Positions 1 through 8,311 of a stretch of DNA of 32,000 nt are shown here, in pieces. The DNA lies in the NCBI RefSeq assembly GCF_024345995.1, contig NZ_JAGQCE010000003.1:112759-144758 (forward strand), read 5' to 3'. This DNA is from Synechococcus sp. Cruz-7E5. GTDB taxonomy: Bacteria > Cyanobacteriota > Cyanobacteriia > PCC-6307 > Cyanobiaceae. The number at the start of each line of letters is the position of its first letter. Position 1 is the first letter of the stretch. The notes under the pieces are model-generated. The model did no database searches. It was not told the origin of the DNA and worked only from the letters and a program-made list of their open reading frames with translations. A program made the translations under genes and the position numbers.

Positions 1-7
1 GGCCTCG

Positions 8-1894
8 GTGGCGGAAAAACTGCTCACTGCCCCTCCAGAGGGCGTACGCCAAAGCGTACTGCTCTTGGTTCTCGTCTGGGCTGGTTTCGTTGCGGCATCA
101 GCAGGGGAGAAGAGGGCTTCGTGCCAGAGCACCCCTTCTCGCCAGGATGATGGCCTCAATGTCAGGGCCCCAGGCCGCCCAACACCCGAGAGACCCGTGA
201 CGACAACAGTTCCCGCAGCAGTTCTGACAACAAGCTTCGCGGAGTTTGCCCAACGGGCCGACTATTCGCTGCTGGATTCACTGCATGCGGATCCTCAGGC
301 GAGCGGCGATGGCCACGATCACCGGCCCCGCCAGGTGTTCTCCGGTCATTACGTGCCGGTGACTCCAACCCCGCTTCCAGCGCCGGAGTATGTGGCGCAC
401 AGCAGAACCCTGTTCCACGAACTGGGCCTGAGCGATGGGCTGGCCCACGACGATCAGTTCCGCCGTCTGTTTTCAGGCGACATCTCGGTGGCGCAGGGGC
501 CGATGCGCCCCTTCGGCTGGGCAACCGGTTATGCCCTGTCGATCTACGGCACCGAATACATCCAGCAGTGCCCGTTCGGAACCGGCAACGGCTATGGCGA
601 TGGCCGGGCCATTTCCGTGTTCGAAGGCGTCTTCAACGGCAGACGCTGGGAGATGCAACTGAAAGGTGGTGGCCCCACGCCCTACTGCCGCGGCGCCGAT
701 GGACGGGCGGTTCTCCGCTCCAGCGTGCGTGAGTTTCTGGCGCAGGAGTTCATGCACGCCCTGGGGGTTCCCAGCTCACGCTCCCTGACGCTGTATGTGT
801 CCGGGTCTGAAACCGTGCGCAGGCCCTGGTACTCACCGAACTCCAGGTCGTTCGATCCCGACATCATGGTGGACAACCCTGCGGCGATCACCACACGAGT
901 GGCGCCATCGTTTCTGCGGGTCGGCCAGCTGGAGCTGTTCGCCCGTCGCGCCCGCAGCGAGGCCCATCCGGGTGCGCTGAACGAGCTGCAGATGATCGCG
1001 AGTCACCTGATCGAGCGGAACTACCGGCCGGAGATCGATCCGAGTCTGGATTTCAGCGATCAGGTGGTTGAGCTGGCGGGATTGTTCCGCACGCGGCTCA
1101 TCTCACTTGTGGCCAACTGGATGCGGGTTGGCTATTGCCAGGGCAATTTCAACAGTGACAACTGCGCCGCGGGTGGGTACACCCTCGACTACGGACCTTT
1201 CGGATTCTGCGAACTTTTCGATCCCCGCTTTCAGCCCTGGACCGGAGGCGGCGAGCATTTCAGCTTCTTCAACCAACCGGTGGCCGCCGAAGCCAATTAC
1301 CAGATGTTCTGGTCAGCCATCCGGCTGCTGCTCGAGGGCAACACCGAGGCAGTGGCGCGGCTGGATCAGATCCAGGGCGACTTCAGCGAAGCGATGAACC
1401 GGGAAATCGAGGCGATGTGGGCCGGGAAGCTCGGGCTGACCACCTATGACGCCGCGCTGGTGAACGAGCTGCTGGAGCTGATGGTGCTCTCCAAGGTGGA
1501 TTACACGATCTTCTTCCGCAGGCTGTCTGCCATTCCAGAGGATCTCTCTGCCTTGAAAGAGAGCTTCTACCTGCCCAGTTCAGAAGAGCTCGAGGTGCGA
1601 TGGACGCAGTGGCTGCAGCGCTGGCGGGATCGTGTCACGGCAGGTGGCGACACCAATGCGACATCCGCAGCGATGAAACGGGTGAACCCCGCGATCACCT
1701 GGCGCGAATGGCTGATCGCACCGGCCTATGAACAGGCGGCGCAGGGTGACTTCAGAGCGATCCAGGAGCTGCAGGCGGTGTTCAGCCATCCCTACGAGGA
1801 GCCATCCGCGGAGCTGGCGGCCACGTACGACCGCCTGAAGCCCAGGGAGTTCTTCAACGCCGGGGGGGTGTCGCATTACAGCTGTTCGTCGTGA
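8..1894 (+). CDS. selO: Protein adenylyltransferase SelO (YdiU/UPF0061 family)
   Basis: 628-codon ORF with SelO-family blocks along its length ('[10 protein letters not shown]', '[25 protein letters not shown]', '[28 protein letters not shown]'). The ORF is open to the window edge and an in-frame GTG at 197 is an alternative start, so the 5' end is uncertain. Confidence 0.85.
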   Translation: MAEKLLTAPPEGVRQSVLLLVLVWAGFVAASAGEKRASCQSTPSRQDDGLNVRAPGRPTPERPVTTTVPAAVLTTSFAEFAQRADYSLLDSLHADPQASGDGHDHRPRQVFSGHYVPVTPTPLPAPEYVAHSRTLFHELGLSDGLAHDDQFRRLFSGDISVAQGPMRPFGWATGYALSIYGTEYIQQCPFGTGNGYGDGRAISVFEGVFNGRRWEMQLKGGGPTPYCRGADGRAVLRSSVREFLAQEFMHALGVPSSRSLTLYVSGSETVRRPWYSPNSRSFDPDIMVDNPAAITTRVAPSFLRVGQLELFARRARSEAHPGALNELQMIASHLIERNYRPEIDPSLDFSDQVVELAGLFRTRLISLVANWMRVGYCQGNFNSDNCAAGGYTLDYGPFGFCELFDPRFQPWTGGGEHFSFFNQPVAAEANYQMFWSAIRLLLEGNTEAVARLDQIQGDFSEAMNREIEAMWAGKLGLTTYDAALVNELLELMVLSKVDYTIFFRRLSAIPEDLSALKESFYLPSSEELEVRWTQWLQRWRDRVTAGGDTNATSAAMKRVNPAITWREWLIAPAYEQAAQGDFRAIQELQAVFSHPYEEPSAELAATYDRLKPREFFNAGGVSHYSCSS

Positions 1895-1935
1895 GGCTGT
1901 TCGTCGGGAGGCGATTCCGGTCGGGCTGAGCTCAC

Positions 1936-2341
1936 TCAGCCATCGATCAACCAGAGGGCCTCGCGGCCGGCGGCCACCGCGAAATGGAGATCACTCCTCA
2001 GGATCCGCAGGGACAGGCGACTGACACCGGTCCAGTCGTTGCGCAGCAGCTCCACGATCGACACTGTGCTGGCGCCGAATCGCAGGCCGCGCAGCAGAAA
2101 GCAGCCGAACGTCTCCAGCCGGGGCGTACCGGGACTCGTGATCGGCTGCTCTCCGGGCAGTCGGCGGCGGTGCTGCTCCGGCTCTCCCAGAGGAACAGGG
2201 AGGGACTGGGGGCCGGGTCTTGGTAGCGCGTGGAGGGGGACATCAGGGCTTGGCGCCGGAACACGCCTTGGCGGTGGAACCAGGGCGCCGTCGCGCAGGA
2301 TCCCGAAGCCGCCAGGGTTCTGCGCAGCAGTGATCCAGTAT
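1936..2341 (-). pseudogene. Divergent, heavily decayed fragment of a DUF3427-type helicase C-terminus (stub S1)
   Basis: Shifting minus-strand frames give 'WFHRQGVF..SPSTRYQD..SLFLWES'. This parallels 'WIHREGVL..FSPTTR*RD..SLFHWES' in stub S2 and 'GREGVLF..FSPTTRYNDY..WEFHWES' in the helicase at 8312. The DNA block at 2180-2203 is nearly identical to 2983-3006. The left limit is uncertain. Confidence 0.35.
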
Positions 2342-2521
2342 TCAAGTTGCGCCGAGGCTGGCGAGAATCTTGCGGGCCAGCGGTTCCTTGATTTCGTTGT
2401 GTCTGGGGATAGCTTCCTTGACGCCAGATGCTGGGTTGATCCAGATGGAGTGTGAAGCTCCTTCCCGTTTAAGAACACATCCAGCCATGCGTAACCGCCG
2501 TTCCAGATCACGGCGTTTCAT
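2342..2521 (-). CDS. hicA: HicA family mRNA interferase toxin (59 aa, absent from ORF track)
   Basis: Translation: MKRRDLERRLRMAGCVLKREGASHSIWINPASGVKEAIPRHNEIKEPLARKILASLGAT. It has the HicA 'GSH' core and a 'PRH..EIKEPL.RKIL..LG' tail, as in E. coli HicA. Its ATG overlaps the hicB stop (ATGA at 2518-2521). Confidence 0.8.
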   Translation of the reverse strand: MKRRDLERRLRMAGCVLKREGASHSIWINPASGVKEAIPRHNEIKEPLARKILASLGAT

Positions 2522-2736
2522 CCGATCTGCAGAGGCATGCGCACGGCATCGGTTGGCAGGCCACGGCTGATATCAGCCTCACGATCTTCAAGCAGCAGCT
2601 CAATGGCGGACTGCAGATCCTTTCTTGCTTCTTCCATGGATTCTCCCTGGCCGTTAGCTCCGGGAATCTCCAGGCAGATCGCCCAGAAGCCACCCTCCGG
2701 AGCTGGCTCGATCACGGCAGTCAGTTCCCCCTTCAT
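2518..2736 (-). CDS. hicB: HicB family antitoxin (UPF0150-like)
   Basis: 'MKGELTAVIEPAPEGGFWAICLEIPGANGQGESMEEARKDLQSAIELLLE' is the typical HicB N-domain. The ATG at 2736 is preferred over the TTG at 2763 used by the ORF track. It is translationally coupled to hicA. Confidence 0.75.
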   Translation of the reverse strand: MKGELTAVIEPAPEGGFWAICLEIPGANGQGESMEEARKDLQSAIELLLEDREADISRGLPTDAVRMPLQIG

Positions 2737-2838
2737 CAAACCAGCCTCATTACCACATTCCAATCAGTTTAGGTTCAGCAAAAAGTGGCAGCAGTCAGGG
2801 AGGCGACCAGGCGCCCTCTCTTGACGCGTTGCCCCCCT

Positions 2839-3140
2839 TCAAACCGCCAACCCCATCCCCTGCATCCACCCCGCCGGGATCGCCCTATCCAGCCGCCAGC
2901 GAATCGCCATCGGCCGTTCCCCCTGGTGGCGCACATACCGCGCAAAGCCCAGACACCGAAACGGCTCGGCCTCCCTCGCGCCGGCTCTCCCAGTGGAACA
3001 GGGAGGGGCCGAGGGCCAGGTCGCGCTAGCGGGTGGTGGGGGAGAAGAGGGCTTCGCTCTTGCGCAAGGTGATGAACATCAGGTCGGTGGCGCTGGGCTG
3101 GTGAGCGAGCACGCCTTCGCGGTGGATCCAGGGGGCGTCG
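2839..3140 (-). pseudogene. Helicase 3'-end stub S2 (DUF3427 C-terminal fragment with an in-frame stop and a frameshift)
   Basis: The minus strand reads 'WIHREGVLAHQPSATDLMFITLRKSEALFSPTTR*RDLALGPSLFHWES..'. After a frameshift it continues 'GFARYVRHQGERPMAIRWRLDRAIPAGWMQGMGLAV*'. This is collinear with the C-terminus of the 8312 helicase. Confidence 0.6.
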
Positions 3141-3150
3141 GCGCAGCCTT

Positions 3151-3326
3151 CTAGACGAGAAGCAGTGGGCCGCTGTCGCCACTTTCAGGGTTGGGGGACT
3201 GTCTTCGCAGCACCACATGGCTGCCTTTCTGACGCACGATCTCGAAACCGAAGCAACTCAGGCAACGTTGACCTCGTCTTCCCGGTACAGGATCGCCGTG
3301 AGGCGCTTGGGGGTGGCGGTCGTCAT
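3151..3326 (-). pseudogene. Decayed hicB'-hicA' remnant (antitoxin N-terminus fused to toxin core by deletion)
   Basis: The minus strand from the ATG at 3326 reads 'MTTATPKRLTAILYREDEVNVA*' (HicB-like start). In another frame, 3249-3151 reads 'GFEIVRQKGSHVVLRRQSPNPESGD..*' (HicA/YcfA core 'RQKGSH'). Confidence 0.4.
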
Positions 3327-3484
3327 GGTCGCCGGGGTGGTTTGACCTTCAGTCTGGCTGGTCTCAAACCGGCAACGCCACGTTGAGGGGCGCTGCGGCA
3401 GAGCCGGCGCCGCGGATCCCGTAGAAGCCGGCATGAGAGCGCAGGCTTGGTCTAGACTCGATATAGATCAGCTGTGGGGGTGTC

Positions 3485-3745
3485 ATGCGCGCCAAGTTGT
3501 TCCGCAACGGTCGCAGCCAGGCGGTGCGGCTGCCCGCCGAGTTCCGCTTCGAGGGCACGGAGGTGGAGGTGCATCGCGATCCCGAGAGTGGCGCTGTGGT
3601 GCTCACACCGGTGCGGCCATCGGCCCGCGCCTTGCTGGATCAAAGGGACGCCCTGCTGCAGGAGCCTGGCTTCCAGGCCGAGCTGGAAGCGTTTTTCGAG
3701 GGGTTGCGCGACACGCGCCCTGCGGAACCGGTGGAGTTCCTCTGA
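3485..3745 (+). CDS. vapB: VapB-type antitoxin (AbrB/SpoVT fold)
   Basis: 'MRAKLFRNGRSQAVRLPAEFRFEGTEVEVHRDPESGAVVLTP' is the classic AbrB-type VapB N-terminus. Its stop overlaps the vapC ATG (TGATG). Confidence 0.85.
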   Translation: MRAKLFRNGRSQAVRLPAEFRFEGTEVEVHRDPESGAVVLTPVRPSARALLDQRDALLQEPGFQAELEAFFEGLRDTRPAEPVEFL

Positions 3746-4143
3746 TGGCTGCGGCAAATGGGAGGCTGATGCTCGACACCAACGCCGTGAACGCCTTTCT
3801 GAAAGGCCTGTCGCCACGGCTGGATACCTGGGTGCGTGAGCAACGCTGTTCCCTGTCATCGATCGTGGTGGCGGAGATCCGTTACGGCCTGGAGAAGCTG
3901 CCGCCAACGTCGCGGTTGCAAGCGCTGGTGGAGAACACCCTCAAGACCCTGGAGATCCTGCCCTGGTCAGAAGCCTGCGCCAGGGTGTACGGCCGACTGC
4001 GGGCCGATCTCGATCGCAACGGGAAGCCGTTGGCGGCGATGGATCTGCTGATCGCCAGCCATGCCCTCAGCGAAGGTTGCGCCCTGGTGACGGCGGATCA
4101 GGCCTTTGCCAATGTGGCCGATCTGCACCTGGAGTCCTGGTAA
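3745..4143 (+). CDS. vapC: VapC PIN-domain ribonuclease toxin
   Basis: 132 aa starting 'MAAANGRLMLDTNAV'. PIN acidic residues are present (LDTN, AEI, MDLLIA, VTAD). The start lies inside the longer track ORF 3433..4143, in the same frame. Confidence 0.85.
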   Translation: MAAANGRLMLDTNAVNAFLKGLSPRLDTWVREQRCSLSSIVVAEIRYGLEKLPPTSRLQALVENTLKTLEILPWSEACARVYGRLRADLDRNGKPLAAMDLLIASHALSEGCALVTADQAFANVADLHLESW

Positions 4144-4198
4144 TGGCCAGCAGGCAGGGGTTGGCCAGGTGCCTTCCCGCTTGGCGTTGTGCCCCCCC

Positions 4199-4410
4199 TC
4201 ACACCGCCACCGCCAACTCCGGATAGAAGGCCCCCGGAATCGCCCTGTGCAGCCGCCAGCGAATCGCCATCGGCCGCTCGTCCTCGTGGCTCACGTGATC
4301 AGTAAAGCCGAGGCAAAGGAAAGGCAGTGTCATACCGTCCCGGTTACTTAGCGGATGGCGACGTCGTTGTAGTGGGTGGTGGTGGCACCGTTAAGAAGCT
4401 CCTCTTCGAC
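4199..4410 (-). pseudogene. Helicase 3'-end stub S3 (internally deleted)
   Basis: The minus strand reads 'GMTLPFLCLGFTDHVSHEDERPMAIRWRLHRAIPGAFYPELAVAV*' with an intact frame for about 48 codons. Upstream, 'gatggcgacgtcgttgtagtgggtggtgg' matches helicase 8585-8612 after an internal deletion. The stub ends 2 nt from the hicA stop (4413). Confidence 0.65.
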
Positions 4411-4412
4411 CA

Positions 4413-4625
4413 TCACAGCAGCTGGCGGAACTGCTCAGGCGTCAGACCTGCATCGCGCGCAATCGCGCCCATGGTGATGGCGTTGATGGGGTCATGTCTT
4501 GGGATCACCAGCCGACGCTCGCCATTGCTCAGGATCAGATGACCCGACTCGCGGACAATCCGATACCCCAGCTTCAGAAACACCCTCACGGCTTCCTTCT
4601 GGCTGATTCCAGGCAGACGTGGCAT
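4413..4625 (-). CDS. hicA: HicA/YcfA family toxin
   Basis: 'MPRLPGISQKEAVRVFLKLGYRIVRESGHLILSNGERRLVIPRHDPINAITMGAIARDAGLTPEQFRQLL' shows YcfA-like HicA architecture. It directly follows its hicB partner with no gap. Confidence 0.8.
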   Translation of the reverse strand: MPRLPGISQKEAVRVFLKLGYRIVRESGHLILSNGERRLVIPRHDPINAITMGAIARDAGLTPEQFRQLL

Positions 4626-4823
4626 TTAGAGAGCGAGTTCCATCGTCTCCACGCTGCGCACGCCACCCTCCTCCGCTTCTACTTCCAGCCAGAGGGCAAT
4701 CGCTTCGCGGATGTTCGCCAGTGCTTCGTCCCTGTTAGCTCCCTGGGAGTGGCAGCCGGGCAGGTCAAGACAGCTCACCGACCAACCCTCTTCGGTTTCC
4801 AACAGCCGGATGCGGTAGCTCAT
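4626..4823 (-). CDS. hicB: HicB-like antitoxin (UPF0150)
   Basis: 'MSYRIRLLETEEGWSVSCLDLPGCHSQGANRDEALANIREAIALWLEVE' is a typical short HicB/UPF0150 protein. Confidence 0.75.
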   Translation of the reverse strand: MSYRIRLLETEEGWSVSCLDLPGCHSQGANRDEALANIREAIALWLEVEAEEGGVRSVETMELAL

Positions 4824-4899
4824 GCCGGTCTGACTCCCTGACCTGCGTTCAGGCTAAGGGCATGGAGCTGGCCTCTGTACCGAAGCCTCCCAGCCCACC

Positions 4900-5020
4900 T
4901 CAAACCGCCACCGCCAGCTCCGGGTAGAAGGCCCCCGGAATCGCCCTGTGCAGCCGCCAGCGGATCGCCATCGGCCGCTCGCCCTCGTGGCTCACATAAT
5001 CGGCAAAGCCGAGGCCAAGC
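4900..5020 (-). pseudogene. Helicase 3'-end stub S4
   Basis: The minus strand reads 'GLGFADYVSHEGERPMAIRWRLHRAIPGAFYPELAVAV*'. It has an intact frame and is near-identical in protein sequence to the end of the 8312 helicase. Confidence 0.7.
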
Positions 5021-5085
5021 TCACGCCATGGACGGTGGTGATGGAGAGGGGATCCATCCTGTCTTTGGATGAACTCGGCCAATGG

Positions 5086-5439
5086 CTAAGCAATGGGAGG
5101 ATCCTTGCCCAACGCAGCCAATAGAGAGCTTCTCAGACCTGGGAGGTCATTGTTGATCGAATCCCAGAGAATCAGCTGATCCACGGCTTCGTACACATGG
5201 ATGATTCTGTTCCGTGTTCCAACGATGCGGCGTAGATCGGGAATGATCGTGAGCACACTCGGATCGGCCTCAAGGGCCCGCTTGAGAGCCTCGCCAATGA
5301 TTTCGAATTTGCGCTCCACCGCTGATTGGATCAGCTCATTGTCAAGGTAGTGCTCAAGCGTGCAGTTCTCGATGAAGCGTCCAATCGCCTCGATGGCCTC
5401 AAGGGCGTCAAGCAGGCGTTTCAGCGCCTCTCTTCGCAT
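5086..5439 (-). CDS. hepT: HepT (DUF86) HEPN-type toxin
   Basis: 117 aa with the Rx4HxY motif 'GTRNRIIHVYEAVD'. It lies immediately downstream of its MNT partner. Confidence 0.8.
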   Translation of the reverse strand: MRREALKRLLDALEAIEAIGRFIENCTLEHYLDNELIQSAVERKFEIIGEALKRALEADPSVLTIIPDLRRIVGTRNRIIHVYEAVDQLILWDSINNDLPGLRSSLLAALGKDPPIA

Positions 5440-5440
5440 T

Positions 5441-5767
5441 TCAGAGTTCCAGGATTAGCCGGCGTGACGCGTCCACGTCTTTCCGGAAATAGGGATTGTG
5501 GATCATGGATTCCGTCAGGAGATCCACCGGACGGCCGAAGAGGGCTTCCAATTCATCGGCGAAGGAACAGAAGCGTCGTGCATAGCCCGGTTCCCGTTGG
5601 CCCGTCATCTGCACGATGAAGTCCAGGTCACTGCTGGCAGGGTCAAACAGGCCCTTCGCTGCCGAGCCGAACACTTCCAGCCGATCCACGCCGTAACGGT
5701 TGCACAGGTGCCTGAGCGGCTCCAGCCGATCGGCCAGCAAGGGCAGCAGCGGGGCAACCGTGTCCAT
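5441..5767 (-). CDS. mntA: MntA-type nucleotidyltransferase antitoxin
   Basis: 'LEVFGSAAKGLFDPASSDLDFIV' carries the GS...DxD minimal nucleotidyltransferase motif. Confidence 0.8.
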   Translation of the reverse strand: MDTVAPLLPLLADRLEPLRHLCNRYGVDRLEVFGSAAKGLFDPASSDLDFIVQMTGQREPGYARRFCSFADELEALFGRPVDLLTESMIHNPYFRKDVDASRRLILEL

Positions 5768-5797
5768 GGGGTCAGGTTAATGGAGCTTTCGGGTCCT

Positions 5798-5876
5798 TCA
5801 TACCGCCAAGGCCAACTCCGGCACGAACGCCGCCGGGATCGCCCTGTGCAGCCGCCAGCGAATCGCCATCGGCCGC
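5798..5876 (-). pseudogene. Helicase 3'-end stub S5 (shortest, 26 codons)
   Basis: The minus strand reads 'RPMAIRWRLHRAIPAAFVPELALAV*'. It ends 5 nt from the doc stop (5882). Confidence 0.7.
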
Positions 5877-5881
5877 CAACC

Positions 5882-6230
5882 TCATCCCAAGGGCTTGATC
5901 TGCTCCTTGACCCACTCGGTCCATGCCTGCCGATCAAGCGTTCCGGAGGCCACAGCAAGAACAACAGCTTCGGTGGATTCTTTGGAAGCGGTCAACTCAT
6001 AGCTGTTGAGCATGAGCATCACCTCCATGGCTGCGTGGCCGACACGCTTGTTGCCATCCACAAAGGGATGGTTCTTGATCAGGGAAAAGCCTAGAGTGGC
6101 AGCCTTCTCGATGAGAGTGGGATGGAGATCAACACCTGAAAAGGTCTGACGGAGCTGGGCGAGTGACCCTTCCAAGAGACGAAGGTCTCGCAATCCGGGG
6201 GAACCCCCGGAGGCGGAGATAGCGAATCAC
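5882..6230 (-). pseudogene. doc: Doc (Fic-fold death-on-curing) toxin, probably inactivated by a 5' deletion/frameshift
   Basis: The Fic motif 'HPFVDGNKRVGHAAM' is present. A GTG at 6230 overlapping the phd stop reads 'VIRYL', a typical Doc start. The frame then switches and 'SASGGSPGLRDLRLLEGSL' follows only about 6 codons later. About 14 codons seem to be missing. The only in-frame start is the TTG at 6193. Confidence 0.6.
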
Positions 6231-6421
6231 GCCAGACGTCGGTAAAGCTCCTCATTTTTTGCCAGCACGTTCGATGCGGCTGCTTCGAAGTCTGCGGATG
6301 GTCGGCTCAGGAGATCGCGTACGGCGGCCGAGGCCAGGACCTCCTGAGACACGTTGAGCAGCCCGGCCACCTCGGCCAGGGCACGGGACTGTTCTTCGTT
6401 GAGCTCAATGGCGAGGGCCAT
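6227..6421 (-). CDS. Phd-position antitoxin (small, helical/RHH-like)
   Basis: 64-aa ORF directly upstream of doc, with its stop overlapping the doc GTG: 'MALAIELNEEQSRALAEVAGLLNVSQEVLASAAVRDLL...ELYRRLA'. The family assignment rests on position only. Confidence 0.6.
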   Translation of the reverse strand: MALAIELNEEQSRALAEVAGLLNVSQEVLASAAVRDLLSRPSADFEAAASNVLAKNEELYRRLA

Positions 6422-6478
6422 GGCAGACCTCCTGAGCCAGAAGGATAGGAGAGGTCGAAAGGGGATCGCCGCCCCCCC

Positions 6479-7521
6479 TCAAACCGCCAACGCCAACTCC
6501 GGCACGAACGCCGCCGGAATCGCCCGGTGTAGCCGCCAGCGAATCGCCATTGGCCTCTCGCCCTGGTTGCTGACGTAATCGGCAAAACCGAGGCAAAGAA
6601 ACGGCAGCGTCACCCCGCCGCGCTTGTTCTCTTCTCGCACAAACAGCAGCACCTTGCTGCCGCGCTCTCGGTGGTGGATATATCTCTGCCCGGTGGCGGA
6701 CGCTTCCCGGGTGAGGCTCTGGCTCTCCCAGTGAAACTCCCACGGGGAGATGGCGTAGTCGTTGTAGCGGGTGGTGGGGGAGAACAGGCGCTCACTCTTC
6801 TTGAGGGTGATGAAGAAGACGTCGCACTGAGTGGCCCGATCGAACAACACCCCCGACTGGCCGGTGGTTTGCTGAGTATCGGTGATTAATCCAAAGGCGG
6901 CATAGATCTCGGCGCGGCTGTAGCGGGCGTGGAGGGCCAGGGGCACGGGCTGATCCAACGCCAGGGGAGGGGCGAGGTGGTCGGTGCGCTCCAACAGGAG
7001 TGCGAACAGTTCGCGCAGCTCATTGAGAAAGGCTCGACAGGCCCAGAGGCGATCCAGCGCGTCTTGCAGACCAAGCCGAACAGGCGACGTTCCCCAGAGC
7101 TGGAGCAGCAGCATGCGCCAACGCCGGCGGTCCAACTCGCTCAGGTTCTGCACCTCGGGTGGCTGTCCATGGGCGAGGCCCTGCAGGAGGAACGAGAGGC
7201 GGTCGGTGTCGTCCAGGTGGAGGAGGCGCCCCACTCCCCCAGCTCCATCCCAAGCCCCTCCAGCAACCCCGCCAGCGAGCAGCGCCCGAGCCGGCGAGCT
7301 TCGGCGAGCAGCTGGGGCCGGCGCGTGGGCAGCGACTCGCGCAGGTTCGCCAGCACCCGCTCGCTCGACACCCGATCGAGTTGCAGGCTGCAGCCGGCGG
7401 GCAGGAAGGGAGACCCGTCTTTGATCTGCTGCTCCAGCTGGTCGCGCGTGCCGCCGAGCAGGGCGAGGTAGCGCAGGTCGAAGCGGAAGTTCCGGTGGGC
7501 CTGGCCGATGAAATCGAGCAT
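6479..7521 (-). pseudogene. Helicase paralog fragment S6 (C-terminal ~345 codons; frameshifted, 5'-truncated)
   Basis: It aligns by eye with 8312-9480, from 'LDFIGQAHR.FRFDLRY' through 'FITLKKSE.LFSPTTRYNDYAISPWEFHWESQS' to '..ERPMAIRWRLHRAIPAAFVPELALAV*'. There is a net deletion of about 126 nt and a frame change near 7240. Homology stops at 7521, next to the mnt start. Confidence 0.8.
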
Positions 7522-7547
7522 CGTGGCCTGCTGGTTGAAGCTTCGCG

Positions 7548-7889
7548 ATGATGAAGCCCATGACCACCACGCCGACCCCTCTGGTGACCCGCGAAGCGCT
7601 GCAGGCGTTCACGCAGCGGCTGGTGGAGCGCTACGCCCCTGAGAAGGTGATCCTGTTCGGTTCTTTGGCTCGTGGAGAGGCGCGCTGGGATTCAGATGCC
7701 GACGTCCTGGTGGTGATGCCCTTTGAGGGCCGCCACCTGGCCAAGATCCGTGAAATGCGCCGACTCTGCCAGGTGCGATTCCCCCTGGATCTCCTGGTCC
7801 GGCGGCCGGAGGAGATTGAGGTTCGTTATCGGGGGGGTGATCCGGTCGTGCGCGAGGCGCTTGACCATGGCGAGGTGCTGCATGGCTGA
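7548..7889 (+). CDS. MNT-type nucleotidyltransferase antitoxin
   Basis: 'VILFGSLARGEARWDSDADVLVV' is the minimal NTase motif. It overlaps the downstream HEPN gene by 8 nt. Confidence 0.8.
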   Translation: MMKPMTTTPTPLVTREALQAFTQRLVERYAPEKVILFGSLARGEARWDSDADVLVVMPFEGRHLAKIREMRRLCQVRFPLDLLVRRPEEIEVRYRGGDPVVREALDHGEVLHG

Positions 7890-8286
7890 ACCCTGGTCGG
7901 CGGTTCCGGAGTGGATAGCCAAGGCTGAGGGCGATTGGGAAGCCCTTGAGATCCTCCTGACCAGGAACAGCCCAGGCTTGCGAGATGCGGTGGTGTTTCA
8001 CGCCCAGCAATGTGTGGAGAAACTCTTCAAGGCACGGTTGATCCAGCTCGGGCAGACGGTCGACAAGATCCATGACCTGGCCACCCTGTCTCGCCAGCTG
8101 GAAGCTGTGGATCGCCAGTGGAGCTGGGATGGTGAGGAATTGGCTGATCTCTCCTCAGGAGCGGTGCTCGCTCGCTACCCGGGTTTTGAAACCTCAGCAG
8201 AGGAACAAGCAGATCTTGTGCAGATCGCCAGCAAGCTCAGGCAGGCCCTGAGGATCCTGCTTGGCTCAGAGCAGCAGGAAGAGTGA
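7882..8286 (+). CDS. HEPN domain protein (toxin partner of MNT)
   Basis: 134 aa starting 'MAEPWSAVPEWIAKAEGDWEALEILL', with 'HAQQCVEKLFKA', 'KIHDLATL' and 'ARYPG' typical of PF05168-type HEPN. The start is internal to track ORF 7723..8286. Confidence 0.8.
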   Translation: MAEPWSAVPEWIAKAEGDWEALEILLTRNSPGLRDAVVFHAQQCVEKLFKARLIQLGQTVDKIHDLATLSRQLEAVDRQWSWDGEELADLSSGAVLARYPGFETSAEEQADLVQIASKLRQALRILLGSEQQEE

Positions 8287-8311
8287 ACAAAACGACTGAT
8301 GTGGTTGGAGC

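Noticed and set aside
8-230. N-terminal extension of SelO with a hydrophobic segment ('[16 protein letters not shown]') as a signal peptide or membrane anchor.
   Set aside because: It may simply be upstream non-coding sequence translated in frame. The conserved SelO region starts near residue 75, and an in-frame GTG at 197 is available. This cannot be decided without homolog alignment.
1924-1941. Hairpin 'ggctgag ctca ctcagcc' after selO as a bidirectional terminator.
   Set aside because: It has a 7-bp stem and no flanking T/A run. That is too weak to call a terminator from sequence alone.
6479-7612. A 377-aa ORF that looks like an intact gene.
   Set aside because: Only its C-terminal two-thirds is in the helicase frame. 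The N-terminal part is an out-of-frame read-through into the mnt promoter region. The homologous N-terminal piece is in another frame (7141..7521). It is treated as a pseudogene fragment.
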